Assembly (NCBI GenBank): GCA_045579055.1
Contig: JAZNLK010000136.1
Span: 10,732 to 74,731 of the forward strand
Length of the DNA stretch: 64,000 nucleotides
From: Clostridia bacterium
GTDB taxonomy: Bacteria > Bacillota > Clostridia > Monoglobales > Monoglobaceae
Direction of reading: 5' to 3'
The notes beneath the pieces were generated by a model. It did no database searches and had not been told where the DNA came from. It saw only the letters and a program-made list of their open reading frames with translations. Both the position numbers and the translations under genes were made by a program. Positions 44,407 to 53,104 of this stretch are shown here, one piece after another; the first letter of the stretch is position 1; each line of letters begins with the position of its first letter.

Positions 44407-46161
44407 TTAGTCTTCGATTGCCGCTTTCCTTGAATTTATCTCATGAAACACATTCGGGTCAAACTTATGACGTCTGTCATAATACAAAAGTCCGTTTTCT
44501 TCCTGCTCGATGTCATAAAGCTGAGTGTAACAGAATCCCATTATTGATTTATTATCCAGAAGAACATCTGTGAGAGCTTTGTACCTTGCAATAAACTCTT
44601 CTTCCGTCTTGGGAGCATTTCCATAGCCCCAGGATTTTTCATTATATGCCTTTGGCGCCCACTTGATTCCGCCGTATTCGCTGATGAACAAGGGAAGCTT
44701 GCCATCCCAATCGCTTGTTTTATAGGCTTGAAGCCAGTCGGTATAGTCAACATAATCAACGATTTCACCCTCAGCCGCTTTTTCATAATGCTTTGCCAGC
44801 TTTTCGGAATCCTGCTCATAATTGTGAAGGTCATAGATATCTGTCACGGTATGGAACCAACCGCTTGTGTCGATTACAGGACGGGTTGGGTCAAGTGCCT
44901 TTGTAACACGATATGTCATCTCAATCACCATATTACACTGACGTCTGTTCTTCAAATCCTTTGTTTCGTTAAAGGGACACCAGCCGATAATCGAAGGATG
45001 GCTGAAGTCACGTTCAACCGCTTCCATCCATTCGGGAAGAAAGTACTGCAGCTGTTCCATTGTGGAAATGTTCAGATTCCAGTTTGCGTGTTCTTCCCAC
45101 ACAAGATATCCTAACTTGTCCGCCCAGTAAAGGAATCGGGGTTCAAAAATCTTTTCGTGAAGTCTTGCACCATTGAAGCCAAGCTCCAGACCGAAAATAA
45201 CATCATTTTTCAAATCCTCGTCGGTGGGAGCTGTATAAAGTCCGTCAGGATAGAAACCCTGGTCAAGAACCCATCTGCCGAATACGGTTCTGCCGTTGAT
45301 TTTGAATTTTTTGCCCTCAAGTGCAACTGTACGAAGTCCGAAATAGCTGTCAACTTCGTCAAGAAGATTACCGTCCTTTGAAACGGTAATCTTCAGGTCA
45401 TAAAGATTACCCTGACCAACATCCCAAAGATGCTTTTCGGAAACCGCAACGGTGAGGCTTGCCACATTGGACATTGCGGTTACTTCTGCCTTGCCCACAC
45501 TCTTGCCTTCCCAAAAGGCTTCGGCTGTTACAACCGCTCCCACAAATTCACCCATCATCTTTGCTTCAATGTGAACTGATGGATTTTCAATCTCGGTTGT
45601 CATTTTCAGGTTTTGGATGTAACACTTGTCAACACATTCCATCCAAACTGTTTGCCAGATGCCTGTTGTTCTGGTATAGAAGCAGCCGTAGGAATCCTTC
45701 TTTGCACACTGCTTGCCCGCGGGCTGATTTTCGCTGCGTACATCATCATAGGCACAAAGGGTTATGTAGTTGCCGCTTTCCTTCAGATATTCGGTTATGT
45801 CAAAGCTAAAGGAAGTATAGCCGCCCTTATGTTCACCAACTCTTTCACCGTTGACAAAAACTATTGCATGATAGTCAACCGCACCGAAATGAAGAATAAC
45901 ATTCTTGCCTTCCCAGTTTTTGGGGATTTCAACGTCCTTTCTGTACCACACGCAATTCATAAAATCAGTGTGTCCTATGCCCGAAAGACGACTTTCTGGA
46001 CAGAAGGGAACGGTAATCTTGCAATCCAAGCTGTCGCGGTTTGCAAATCCTCCCTCTTCACCAATTTTCGCATTGTCTATTTCAAAGTCCCATTCGCCGT
46101 TGAGATTGAGCCATTCTCCTCTCACCATCTGGGGTCTTGGATATTCATTCCTTGGTATCAT
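44407..46161 (-). CDS. GH2 family glycoside hydrolase (584 aa, cytoplasmic)
   Basis: The N-terminus (RNEYPRPQMVRGEWLNLNGEWDFE), sugar-binding, Ig-like and TIM-barrel pattern fit GH2. Catalytic motifs are WCPFNE and ISEYGG. RBS AGGAGGG. Confidence 0.8.
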   Translation of the reverse strand: MIPRNEYPRPQMVRGEWLNLNGEWDFEIDNAKIGEEGGFANRDSLDCKITVPFCPESRLSGIGHTDFMNCVWYRKDVEIPKNWEGKNVILHFGAVDYHAIVFVNGERVGEHKGGYTSFSFDITEYLKESGNYITLCAYDDVRSENQPAGKQCAKKDSYGCFYTRTTGIWQTVWMECVDKCYIQNLKMTTEIENPSVHIEAKMMGEFVGAVVTAEAFWEGKSVGKAEVTAMSNVASLTVAVSEKHLWDVGQGNLYDLKITVSKDGNLLDEVDSYFGLRTVALEGKKFKINGRTVFGRWVLDQGFYPDGLYTAPTDEDLKNDVIFGLELGFNGARLHEKIFEPRFLYWADKLGYLVWEEHANWNLNISTMEQLQYFLPEWMEAVERDFSHPSIIGWCPFNETKDLKNRRQCNMVIEMTYRVTKALDPTRPVIDTSGWFHTVTDIYDLHNYEQDSEKLAKHYEKAAEGEIVDYVDYTDWLQAYKTSDWDGKLPLFISEYGGIKWAPKAYNEKSWGYGNAPKTEEEFIARYKALTDVLLDNKSIMGFCYTQLYDIEQEENGLLYYDRRHKFDPNVFHEINSRKAAIED

Positions 46162-46192
46162 TTTACAGCCCTCCTATCATATATTACTCATA

Positions 46193-46221
46193 AGTATAGC
46201 TACAACACTTCAGAAAGTCAA
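46193..46221 (-). promoter_or_regulatory. Promoter of the GH2 gene
   Basis: On the minus strand, TTGACT (46221-46216), a 17-nt spacer, then TATACT (46198-46193). It lies 7 nt downstream of motif copy (c). Confidence 0.55.
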
Positions 46222-46228
46222 TGCAAAA

Positions 46229-46257
46229 TTCTACTTTTTTATTGACATATTCTACTG
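46229..46257. promoter_or_regulatory. Copy (c) of the 29-bp direct-repeat motif in the GH2/AraC divergent region
   Basis: The minus-strand reading is CAGTAGAATATGTCAATAAAAAAGTAGAA. It overlaps the -35 box of the plus-strand AraC promoter. Confidence 0.55.
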
Positions 46258-46270
46258 TTTGCTGTAAAAT
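46242..46270 (+). promoter_or_regulatory. Promoter of the AraC regulator gene at 46294
   Basis: TTGACA (46242-46247), a 17-nt spacer, then TAAAAT (46265-46270). RBS GAGGAG precedes the ATG at 46294. Confidence 0.65.
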
Positions 46271-46293
46271 AAAACTACAGAGGAGATGATTTT

Positions 46294-47070
46294 ATGAATT
46301 TTCTGACTATCCAGCCATTATTTCCCGAACGCAAGATGTTCAGCATAAACCGACCCGACTTGGGCGAAACCGCAATCTGTTGTCATTTTCTCGCACCTGT
46401 AACAGTATGGTTCGGCGAAACAGAAATAAAGCTTCAACCCGGTGCCTGTATTTTTTGGGACTTTCACGCTCATCAACATTATGCCTGGACGGACCGTGTT
46501 TTTCTGCACAATTGGTTCCACGCAGATGACTCAATGCATTCTCTTATGGAAAAATACAAATTGGAATACGAAACCGTCTACTATCCCCGGGACAACGACG
46601 CAATAACCAAGATATTCCAGCAAATCAACATTGAATTAACCCAAAAATCTGCATTTTATCAGGATGCAGTTGATGCCCTTGCAGAAAGCTTCTTTATCGA
46701 AGTTGCCCGCTCCGACAAGATGGAAAAAATAACCTCACCGATTAATTCCGAGCAAAAAGAGCATTTTTTATCTGTGCGTTCACAGATTCATATGGAAATT
46801 CATAAGCCCTGGACGGTTGAGGATATGGCAAAATATGCCAATATGAGCCCCTCAAGATTTTATGAGCTTTACAAGAAATTCTTCGGTATTTCACCCCAAA
46901 AAGACTTGATTATCCGAAGAATTCACGCCGCACAAGCGATGCTTGAACGTGGAGATATGACCATCGCAAAGGTTGCAGAGTTGACGGGCTACACCAACCA
47001 GTATCACTTCATCCGTCAGTTCAAGCAGATAACCGGAAAAACCCCGGGACAAACAAAAGCGAAAAAATAA
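46294..47070 (+). CDS. AraC family transcriptional regulator
   Basis: The C-terminus holds a double HTH (WTVEDMAKYANMSPSRFYELYKKFFGISP...ELTGYTNQYHFIRQFKQITGKTP), and the N-terminus is a cupin-like sensor domain. Confidence 0.85.
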   Translation: MNFLTIQPLFPERKMFSINRPDLGETAICCHFLAPVTVWFGETEIKLQPGACIFWDFHAHQHYAWTDRVFLHNWFHADDSMHSLMEKYKLEYETVYYPRDNDAITKIFQQINIELTQKSAFYQDAVDALAESFFIEVARSDKMEKITSPINSEQKEHFLSVRSQIHMEIHKPWTVEDMAKYANMSPSRFYELYKKFFGISPQKDLIIRRIHAAQAMLERGDMTIAKVAELTGYTNQYHFIRQFKQITGKTPGQTKAKK

Positions 47071-47115
47071 ATCGTTTCAGTTTTTGTTTTTTTAATATAA
47101 ATTAAACAAAACGGT

Positions 47116-47170
47116 TAAAAAAACCTCAACCCCTTCAAGGAAGAAACCTTTGAAGGGGTTGAATTTATAT
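47116..47170. terminator. Bidirectional terminator between the AraC gene and giant gene B5
   Basis: Stem TCAACCCCTTCAAGG aagaaa CCTTTGAAGGGGTTGA (47126-47162), with an A7 run before it and a T-rich tract after it. Confidence 0.7.
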
Positions 47171-47185
47171 CATTTTCATATTAAT

Positions 47186-50100
47186 TTAAAATGTGTCGGT
47201 CAAATCAATATCTTTCGATATCGGCTCACCGTCCGCCGTCCAGAAAAATGCACGCATTTTACCGTTTTCTTCCTTTACCTTGTTGTAAAGTGCACTTCCT
47301 GCATACATCACAAACTGTTGACTTTCACCCTTTCCGAAATCCAGCTCAGCACTGCCTTCAAAATCAGTGGAAATAAGCTTGCCTTCCGCATCAAAATATC
47401 CGATAATTGGCATAAACTCACTTTGTTCAACATCTGTCGCCAGCACATTCAGCTTATTGTACACCTTGTCGTCCTCGCTGAAGTATTCCACCTCAGCGGC
47501 ACCAAGTTGCGACACCAACGCATTGTCAATTGCCCACTTTGAGCCAAGCCCCGTAAGGCTGGCGCCCGTTGACGTGGGGTCATTGCCCACCTGACTCTGA
47601 GTTGCCTCAATCGCGAAAGCAAAATGCTTTGTCCAACTGCTGCTTATGGGCAAAGTCTGGGACTTTACAACAGGAGCCTCGTGATTGTCGGGATTATCGG
47701 TTACAACCATAATTTCAGTATATTCCGAATCTGTTTTTAGCTTTCTGTAAGCCTTCTTTACTCCATTTTCCTCAACAAGCTTATAGGTATACCAAGTTCC
47801 GATTTCAACATCGTTTGCCGGTATAATCCATCCGTCATTGTTGGCTGAATACATCTGAACAGAAAGAGAATGTCCAAGTGCCAGCTTGCATATATCAACC
47901 GTCAGCTGATAATTGTCGGTAGGCATTGTTTGAACATCGCCGTTGAGTTCATATCTTCCCCAAGTATGTCCCGATTCAACGGTTCTTTCCATAATCCAAT
48001 GAGTGTTACAATCTTTAGTGCAGTATTCGGGAGTAAAGGTTCCCCAGACTCCGTCCTGACCTTCAAAATCCTTGCGGAAAACAACCCCCGATGTGAGCTT
48101 TGCCGTCTGATTATAAACCTTTACATTATCCAGCCAATAATGGGTAGTAAATGCATTCTTACCGTTTTCCGTTGTGATATTACCAGTGAAGGCTGCATAA
48201 CGTGGGTCACTGACAATTCTCACTCTGTTGTAGTTGCTGCTTCCTATTATGTTTGCCGAAGCAGTAGCCGCAGCCGCCTTTCCCATTCCCGTTTCAGGGT
48301 CTGTAACAATCACCAGAGGAGTTTTGCCGTCAACATACCTTGTTTCAACAGTATACCACTTGTCCTTTTTCGGTATTGCAGAGGCAGGAATCACAATAAT
48401 CCTTCCGCTGCCGTCATCATTGTCGGCAAGCTCCACACCGATTGCAACCCCTTCATCCTTTTTCAGAATATCATAGGTCACAACAACACCGTTTTTTAGG
48501 TCTATGTCAAATCCGTTTTGGCTTCCTGTGGCCTGAGAAGTGGCAAAGCCGTCAAAGGAGTAGGTTGAGCCTGATGTGTTGTTGGTTATGGTGATATCCA
48601 GAACCTTGTTGCCTGTTCCGTCATCAACCACCTTTAATATATCATCATAAGCATCCGAACTTGAACCCGGAGCCGCATCAACGGTCACACCACTTTTGCC
48701 GCTGTCATAATCCTGAACAAAAATCAGATGCTTGTCACCGAACATTGTTCCTGTCAGGTCTTCCACGCCTGTTCCCGATTTCGGAGCATAGTTCAGATAT
48801 TCATTAAGATAAGATGCCGATGCAACCTCACCGCTCCAGAGAACGAAGCTATCCTCCATATCCGAAATATTCTTACCGAAGGCTTCCGCACAGGCATCAA
48901 TGTCAAGATACCCCTTTGACAGGCAGACTTCACCAAAAGTCTTTGTTGCACCGTTCACGGAATATGTGTTTGCACCTTCTGTGAACACAACTTCACCGTC
49001 ACCGATGCTGAAAACAAGATTGTTTCCGCTGACCTTTGATGTCGCACCGAAAATCTTTCCGATTACTGTCGCATCATACTTTCCGTCAATAACCGTCACA
49101 TCAACGCTTTCGCCGTAAATCATTGCCGTTCCCGACATCTTGGGAACAAAACATAAGGTATCGGAAACAGAACCTGAACTTTCACCCCAGTTATATCTTT
49201 CGTGCACTTCTTCAAATCGTTTCTGACTTCTCACCTTGCTCTTGTCAATTGCATAAGTGATTGAACGTCTTGGTGTGTGAAGATTATTCCACTGGATATA
49301 AACCGTGTCGCCGAACACACGCAGAACGTGGTTGCAGGCATCGTAGGATGGGAACTGGCTCTGTTCATTGAGCGTTGCCACAAACTCCCAGGACTCCATT
49401 CCGTCATAGCTGACCATAAGTGCAAAGCGGTTGCGGGGGCGGTGCTGATACCGATAATCATAGGTCACCGCATCATACTGCATAATTGCCCAGTAGGTGT
49501 TGAGATCCTCGCTGTCACGTTCCACCGCATAAGTACAAAGAGGTGAAATCAGCTGAGACGGTCTCCACTCATCAAAGCTCACACCATTATCCCTTGAGTC
49601 ACAATACATAACAAAACCCTCGCCGGAACGTGCGAACCAGCGGATTGTGCCGTCAGGGAGCTCAACGTGAGAACCTTCCTGAAGATTCATTCCATCCTCA
49701 CCGCTGTTGTAGGTGGTTTCCGATCTATACCAGTTTTTCAGGTCATCGGAATAAAAAGTGTCCATTTCATTGATTGTTCCGTATTCACTGAATCCATAGC
49801 CGGGACTGATGAAAACACGTCCGTTCTTCGCCTGAGTTATGCTGCCTGTCAGAACAACACGTCTCTGGTCATCATCCTCGTTCATATATCCCACTCGTGT
49901 CCAGGTTTTCGCATCATCGGATGAAACCCATATCTCCACCGGATTGGTAAGTTCTCCGGTACGCAGCTCCATAAGTCTTCCGTCATTGAGACGGATTCGG
50001 TTTTCGGTGGCAGAGCTTGCGGTATATTCCGACCAGGTTTCACCGCCGTCGGTGGTCTTTATGTGTCCGTTTGCCTGAATATAAACCGCACCTGTCTTAT

Positions 50101-52777
50101 CTTCCCAGATTTCCGCAATTCCCACTTTATCGCTGATTGTTGCAGTCTTCACCGCCGCCGTAACCGCACAGCGACCCTCATATTCCAGATTGTCAATTGC
50201 GGCTGAACCGTCGGTTACTCCAAATCCTATATATCCATTGAGAGGGAAGTTGAGATTTTCCTTTTTTGCAACGGTCACTCCGTCACAAATCAGTTCAATG
50301 TATGAATCCTTGAGCTTGAGTTCAAAATCATGCCAAGCATTCATTGTAGGTGCCGCTCCCGAAAAATCAGTACGACTGTCGGCTTTGAAAGAACCGAACT
50401 GGCTCCACTCATCAATATACCATTTGCCGCTTGTGAAATCGTAACCCGCTTTCAGGTCATACCAGTTTTTAAAACGTCTTGCTGTCACATAGAAGTTACT
50501 TGTGCCGTTGAGCTTTGCTGACCACTTTGCATTCACGTCATAGCTCTGCCCGTTGAGAAGATATGCACCACCGCTGATTGTCATTACACCGCCTTCAACC
50601 ACGGCATTTCCGCCGTCAGAAAGCCAGAAATCAAGGGGTTCAAACTCAGTGTTGCCTTCAAAATCCTCCCTGTGATAAAACAAATCGTCCGTATTCTTTA
50701 TCGAAACAATTGTTGAAGCCTCCGGATTTTCCATTGTGCGGATAAGCTCCGCAGGTCTGGGATTTGAAGGCATCGCAAATGAACCCTTGTAAATATTGTC
50801 GCACCATACCTGTGCAAGACCCTTGGCAACCGTAATTCGCCAGTAACCTTTCGCAACATCCCCCTCAAGAACAATTTCATCCTCGCCGCCCAGAGTATTC
50901 TGCATCATTGCAAGAAGAACTCCGTTCTTCATTGAAAGGTCAATCTTATAAAATCCGTCATAAAAAACTATACTTTCATCAGACGCATCCGTTTTATCGA
51001 ACTCAATTGAATAATTATGACCGATATTTTCAATTCTCTTTCTGTATTCGTCCTTTTGTAGCCATTCTTCTTCAAAAACAAGGTTTTTCACCCCTGTTTC
51101 CGACTTCGTAAAGCCCGAAATACCGCTATATTCAACATTTACCTCACTTGTCCTCGGCATCAGGAAGGAACCGGCAAAATGTCCGTTATAATAAATCATT
51201 CCATAGCCCGAGGTTGTCACAATACGATAGTCGCCCTGCCCAAGAGGAAAGCTTTCCGCCCCGTCAATGGTTTTCACAACAACAGAATTGTCGGAATGTG
51301 TCATATTCAGTTCAAAATAGCCGTCAGCCACATTCACCTCACCCTGACCGCCCTCAAAGGAGTAGTCAAGCATATATTCACGAGCCGAGTTAATTCCCAC
51401 ACTTTCGCTTTCGTTTTGTGCAGATTTCACGGTTATGATGCTTTCAACGTCGCCTGCCTGTCCCACACCTGCAGACACACGGTATGTTCCTATCTTTGCA
51501 TTCTTCAGCACATATTCATAGTTCGGAGCATAGCCCCTGCCCACATTAAGACCGTTCACAAAGAAATCAACATAATCAACAGAATTTGTCACCGTTGCCT
51601 TGAAGGTTATGTTGCCTCCTTCGGCAAATTCTCCGCCGTTTGCAGGTGTTGAAAGACTGATTTCGGGGAAATAGGGCTTGTAGTGAATATTTCCCAGTTC
51701 AAGGTGACAGTCTTCGTTGCCCACAGCTTCAACCATAATGCGGAAAAGCGGTTTCATTCCTGCGGATGCGGGCATACGGTATCTTGTGACCTGACCGCCA
51801 TCCATATAGATTGTGACGTATTCTCCTCTGATTTCGAACTTCCAATGGTGCAGGTCGTTTCCGATGTCGGTAAGGATTCCGTAGTCACCGGTGGATGATG
51901 TTTCGGCAGAAACACATCTGATTCTGTCAGGGCTAAGGTAATGATAGTTGTTGTAGCCATTAGTTGCCGCCTTCAACACAATTGATTCCGAACCGTAATT
52001 GTGAATCTGAAGGTCAAAGTCCATATCAAAATTATCAGGGGTCTTGGGGGCACGTTCCACCTGAAAATACCCCGACTTGTCCTTGATTTTGAACTCAATA
52101 TTACCATTACTATTCACAAAAATCTCATCACAGTCAGTGATTGTCCAGCCCTCTGTGGACGTTGCCCAGTTGGTTGTGAATTCTGAGGCATATTCTGTTT
52201 CAGCAGGAGCTGTGAGAATCATTGGCGACAAATCGCTTCCGTCAGGCTTGGTGATTGAAAAATCCTTCACCTGAACTGCACCGTCAGGAGTTGCCCCGGA
52301 TGTGCAGAAATAAGCAAATTTACCCCATGAATTGTCCTGAGCCGTTCCCGTTGCGAAATAGGTATCATCAATATAGATATCAAAAGCTTCGTTTCTCACT
52401 TTAAGCTTGTATGTATGCCAATTTGTGTCGGTGGTGTGCATCCAGTATTTGCCGTTGAAATCCCAGATTCTGTCCTTATATACATAGATTCCGGCACGGT
52501 GCTTGCCTGTGCAGAAGTAAGCAGCCTGAAAGGCATTTGTTCCCCACTCCGACACACGCATTGAAAAGCTGACATCAAAGCTGTCGGGAATATTCAGGGT
52601 CTTTCTCGCCTCAGAAGCTGTATTCATCGTGAGAGTTGACCCGGAATAGGATATGTTTTTTGTTTGCCAGCCTGACCAGGGATAAGTGGTTGCCGCAGAT
52701 GCATCAATGGGTGTAAACACCGGAGCGATGCAAGTTAATATCATAACCAAAGTCATCAAAAACGCAATTTTTTTCAT
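47186..52777 (-). CDS. Giant secreted protein B5 (1863 aa): paralog of A5 with about 480 extra C-terminal residues carrying further jelly-roll modules and the shared C-terminal beta-sandwich module
   Basis: Signal peptide MKKIAFLMTLVMILTCIAPVFTPIDASAA. Asp-boxes TTDGGETW, SSDDAKTW, SRDNGVSF and SYDGMESW. It shares a 35-aa identical block with A5. No SLH or LPXTG motif is present. Confidence 0.8.
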   Translation of the reverse strand: MKKIAFLMTLVMILTCIAPVFTPIDASAATTYPWSGWQTKNISYSGSTLTMNTASEARKTLNIPDSFDVSFSMRVSEWGTNAFQAAYFCTGKHRAGIYVYKDRIWDFNGKYWMHTTDTNWHTYKLKVRNEAFDIYIDDTYFATGTAQDNSWGKFAYFCTSGATPDGAVQVKDFSITKPDGSDLSPMILTAPAETEYASEFTTNWATSTEGWTITDCDEIFVNSNGNIEFKIKDKSGYFQVERAPKTPDNFDMDFDLQIHNYGSESIVLKAATNGYNNYHYLSPDRIRCVSAETSSTGDYGILTDIGNDLHHWKFEIRGEYVTIYMDGGQVTRYRMPASAGMKPLFRIMVEAVGNEDCHLELGNIHYKPYFPEISLSTPANGGEFAEGGNITFKATVTNSVDYVDFFVNGLNVGRGYAPNYEYVLKNAKIGTYRVSAGVGQAGDVESIITVKSAQNESESVGINSAREYMLDYSFEGGQGEVNVADGYFELNMTHSDNSVVVKTIDGAESFPLGQGDYRIVTTSGYGMIYYNGHFAGSFLMPRTSEVNVEYSGISGFTKSETGVKNLVFEEEWLQKDEYRKRIENIGHNYSIEFDKTDASDESIVFYDGFYKIDLSMKNGVLLAMMQNTLGGEDEIVLEGDVAKGYWRITVAKGLAQVWCDNIYKGSFAMPSNPRPAELIRTMENPEASTIVSIKNTDDLFYHREDFEGNTEFEPLDFWLSDGGNAVVEGGVMTISGGAYLLNGQSYDVNAKWSAKLNGTSNFYVTARRFKNWYDLKAGYDFTSGKWYIDEWSQFGSFKADSRTDFSGAAPTMNAWHDFELKLKDSYIELICDGVTVAKKENLNFPLNGYIGFGVTDGSAAIDNLEYEGRCAVTAAVKTATISDKVGIAEIWEDKTGAVYIQANGHIKTTDGGETWSEYTASSATENRIRLNDGRLMELRTGELTNPVEIWVSSDDAKTWTRVGYMNEDDDQRRVVLTGSITQAKNGRVFISPGYGFSEYGTINEMDTFYSDDLKNWYRSETTYNSGEDGMNLQEGSHVELPDGTIRWFARSGEGFVMYCDSRDNGVSFDEWRPSQLISPLCTYAVERDSEDLNTYWAIMQYDAVTYDYRYQHRPRNRFALMVSYDGMESWEFVATLNEQSQFPSYDACNHVLRVFGDTVYIQWNNLHTPRRSITYAIDKSKVRSQKRFEEVHERYNWGESSGSVSDTLCFVPKMSGTAMIYGESVDVTVIDGKYDATVIGKIFGATSKVSGNNLVFSIGDGEVVFTEGANTYSVNGATKTFGEVCLSKGYLDIDACAEAFGKNISDMEDSFVLWSGEVASASYLNEYLNYAPKSGTGVEDLTGTMFGDKHLIFVQDYDSGKSGVTVDAAPGSSSDAYDDILKVVDDGTGNKVLDITITNNTSGSTYSFDGFATSQATGSQNGFDIDLKNGVVVTYDILKKDEGVAIGVELADNDDGSGRIIVIPASAIPKKDKWYTVETRYVDGKTPLVIVTDPETGMGKAAAATASANIIGSSNYNRVRIVSDPRYAAFTGNITTENGKNAFTTHYWLDNVKVYNQTAKLTSGVVFRKDFEGQDGVWGTFTPEYCTKDCNTHWIMERTVESGHTWGRYELNGDVQTMPTDNYQLTVDICKLALGHSLSVQMYSANNDGWIIPANDVEIGTWYTYKLVEENGVKKAYRKLKTDSEYTEIMVVTDNPDNHEAPVVKSQTLPISSSWTKHFAFAIEATQSQVGNDPTSTGASLTGLGSKWAIDNALVSQLGAAEVEYFSEDDKVYNKLNVLATDVEQSEFMPIIGYFDAEGKLISTDFEGSAELDFGKGESQQFVMYAGSALYNKVKEENGKMRAFFWTADGEPISKDIDLTDTF

Positions 52778-52885
52778 AATTGTCCCCCTGTTCTTTTGGG
52801 TTAATAGAATTACTGTATATTTAATCAGAATTCTTCTGTTTTTTTCGGAATTAAAATGTTCTGTCGCAAATTTTTATGTCAAAAA

Positions 52886-52975
52886 GCTCCTTCGACCCGC
52901 ATACGCTCCGCTCAGGATGACCGCAAGCAGTCACTTTTACCGTCATTCCGAGCCCGTCGAGGAATCTTTCTGCAA
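52886..52975 (+). repeat. Dispersed imperfect palindromic element, copy 2
   Basis: Arms GCTCAGGATGAC (52910-52921) and GTCATTCCGAGC (52942-52953), with an inner hairpin TGACcgcaagcaGTCA. It is related to the minus-strand reading of 28915-28977. Confidence 0.5.
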
Positions 52976-52991
52976 AAGATCCAACATTTAC

Positions 52992-53037
52992 AAAAAAACT
53001 GTTTTAAAAAGGGAACCCACAATTTCTGCGGGTTCCC
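52992..53037 (-). terminator. Terminator of gene B4
   Basis: Stem GGGAACCCAC aatttct GCGGGTTCCC (53011-53037), followed on the minus strand by TTTTTAAAACAGTTTTTTT. Confidence 0.65.
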
Positions 53038-53104
53038 TCCCTTGGGAGCAAATTCATCAAGTCGTTTTGTCCCGTAAAATCTAATTTTTCAATTTCGGAT
53101 TAAA

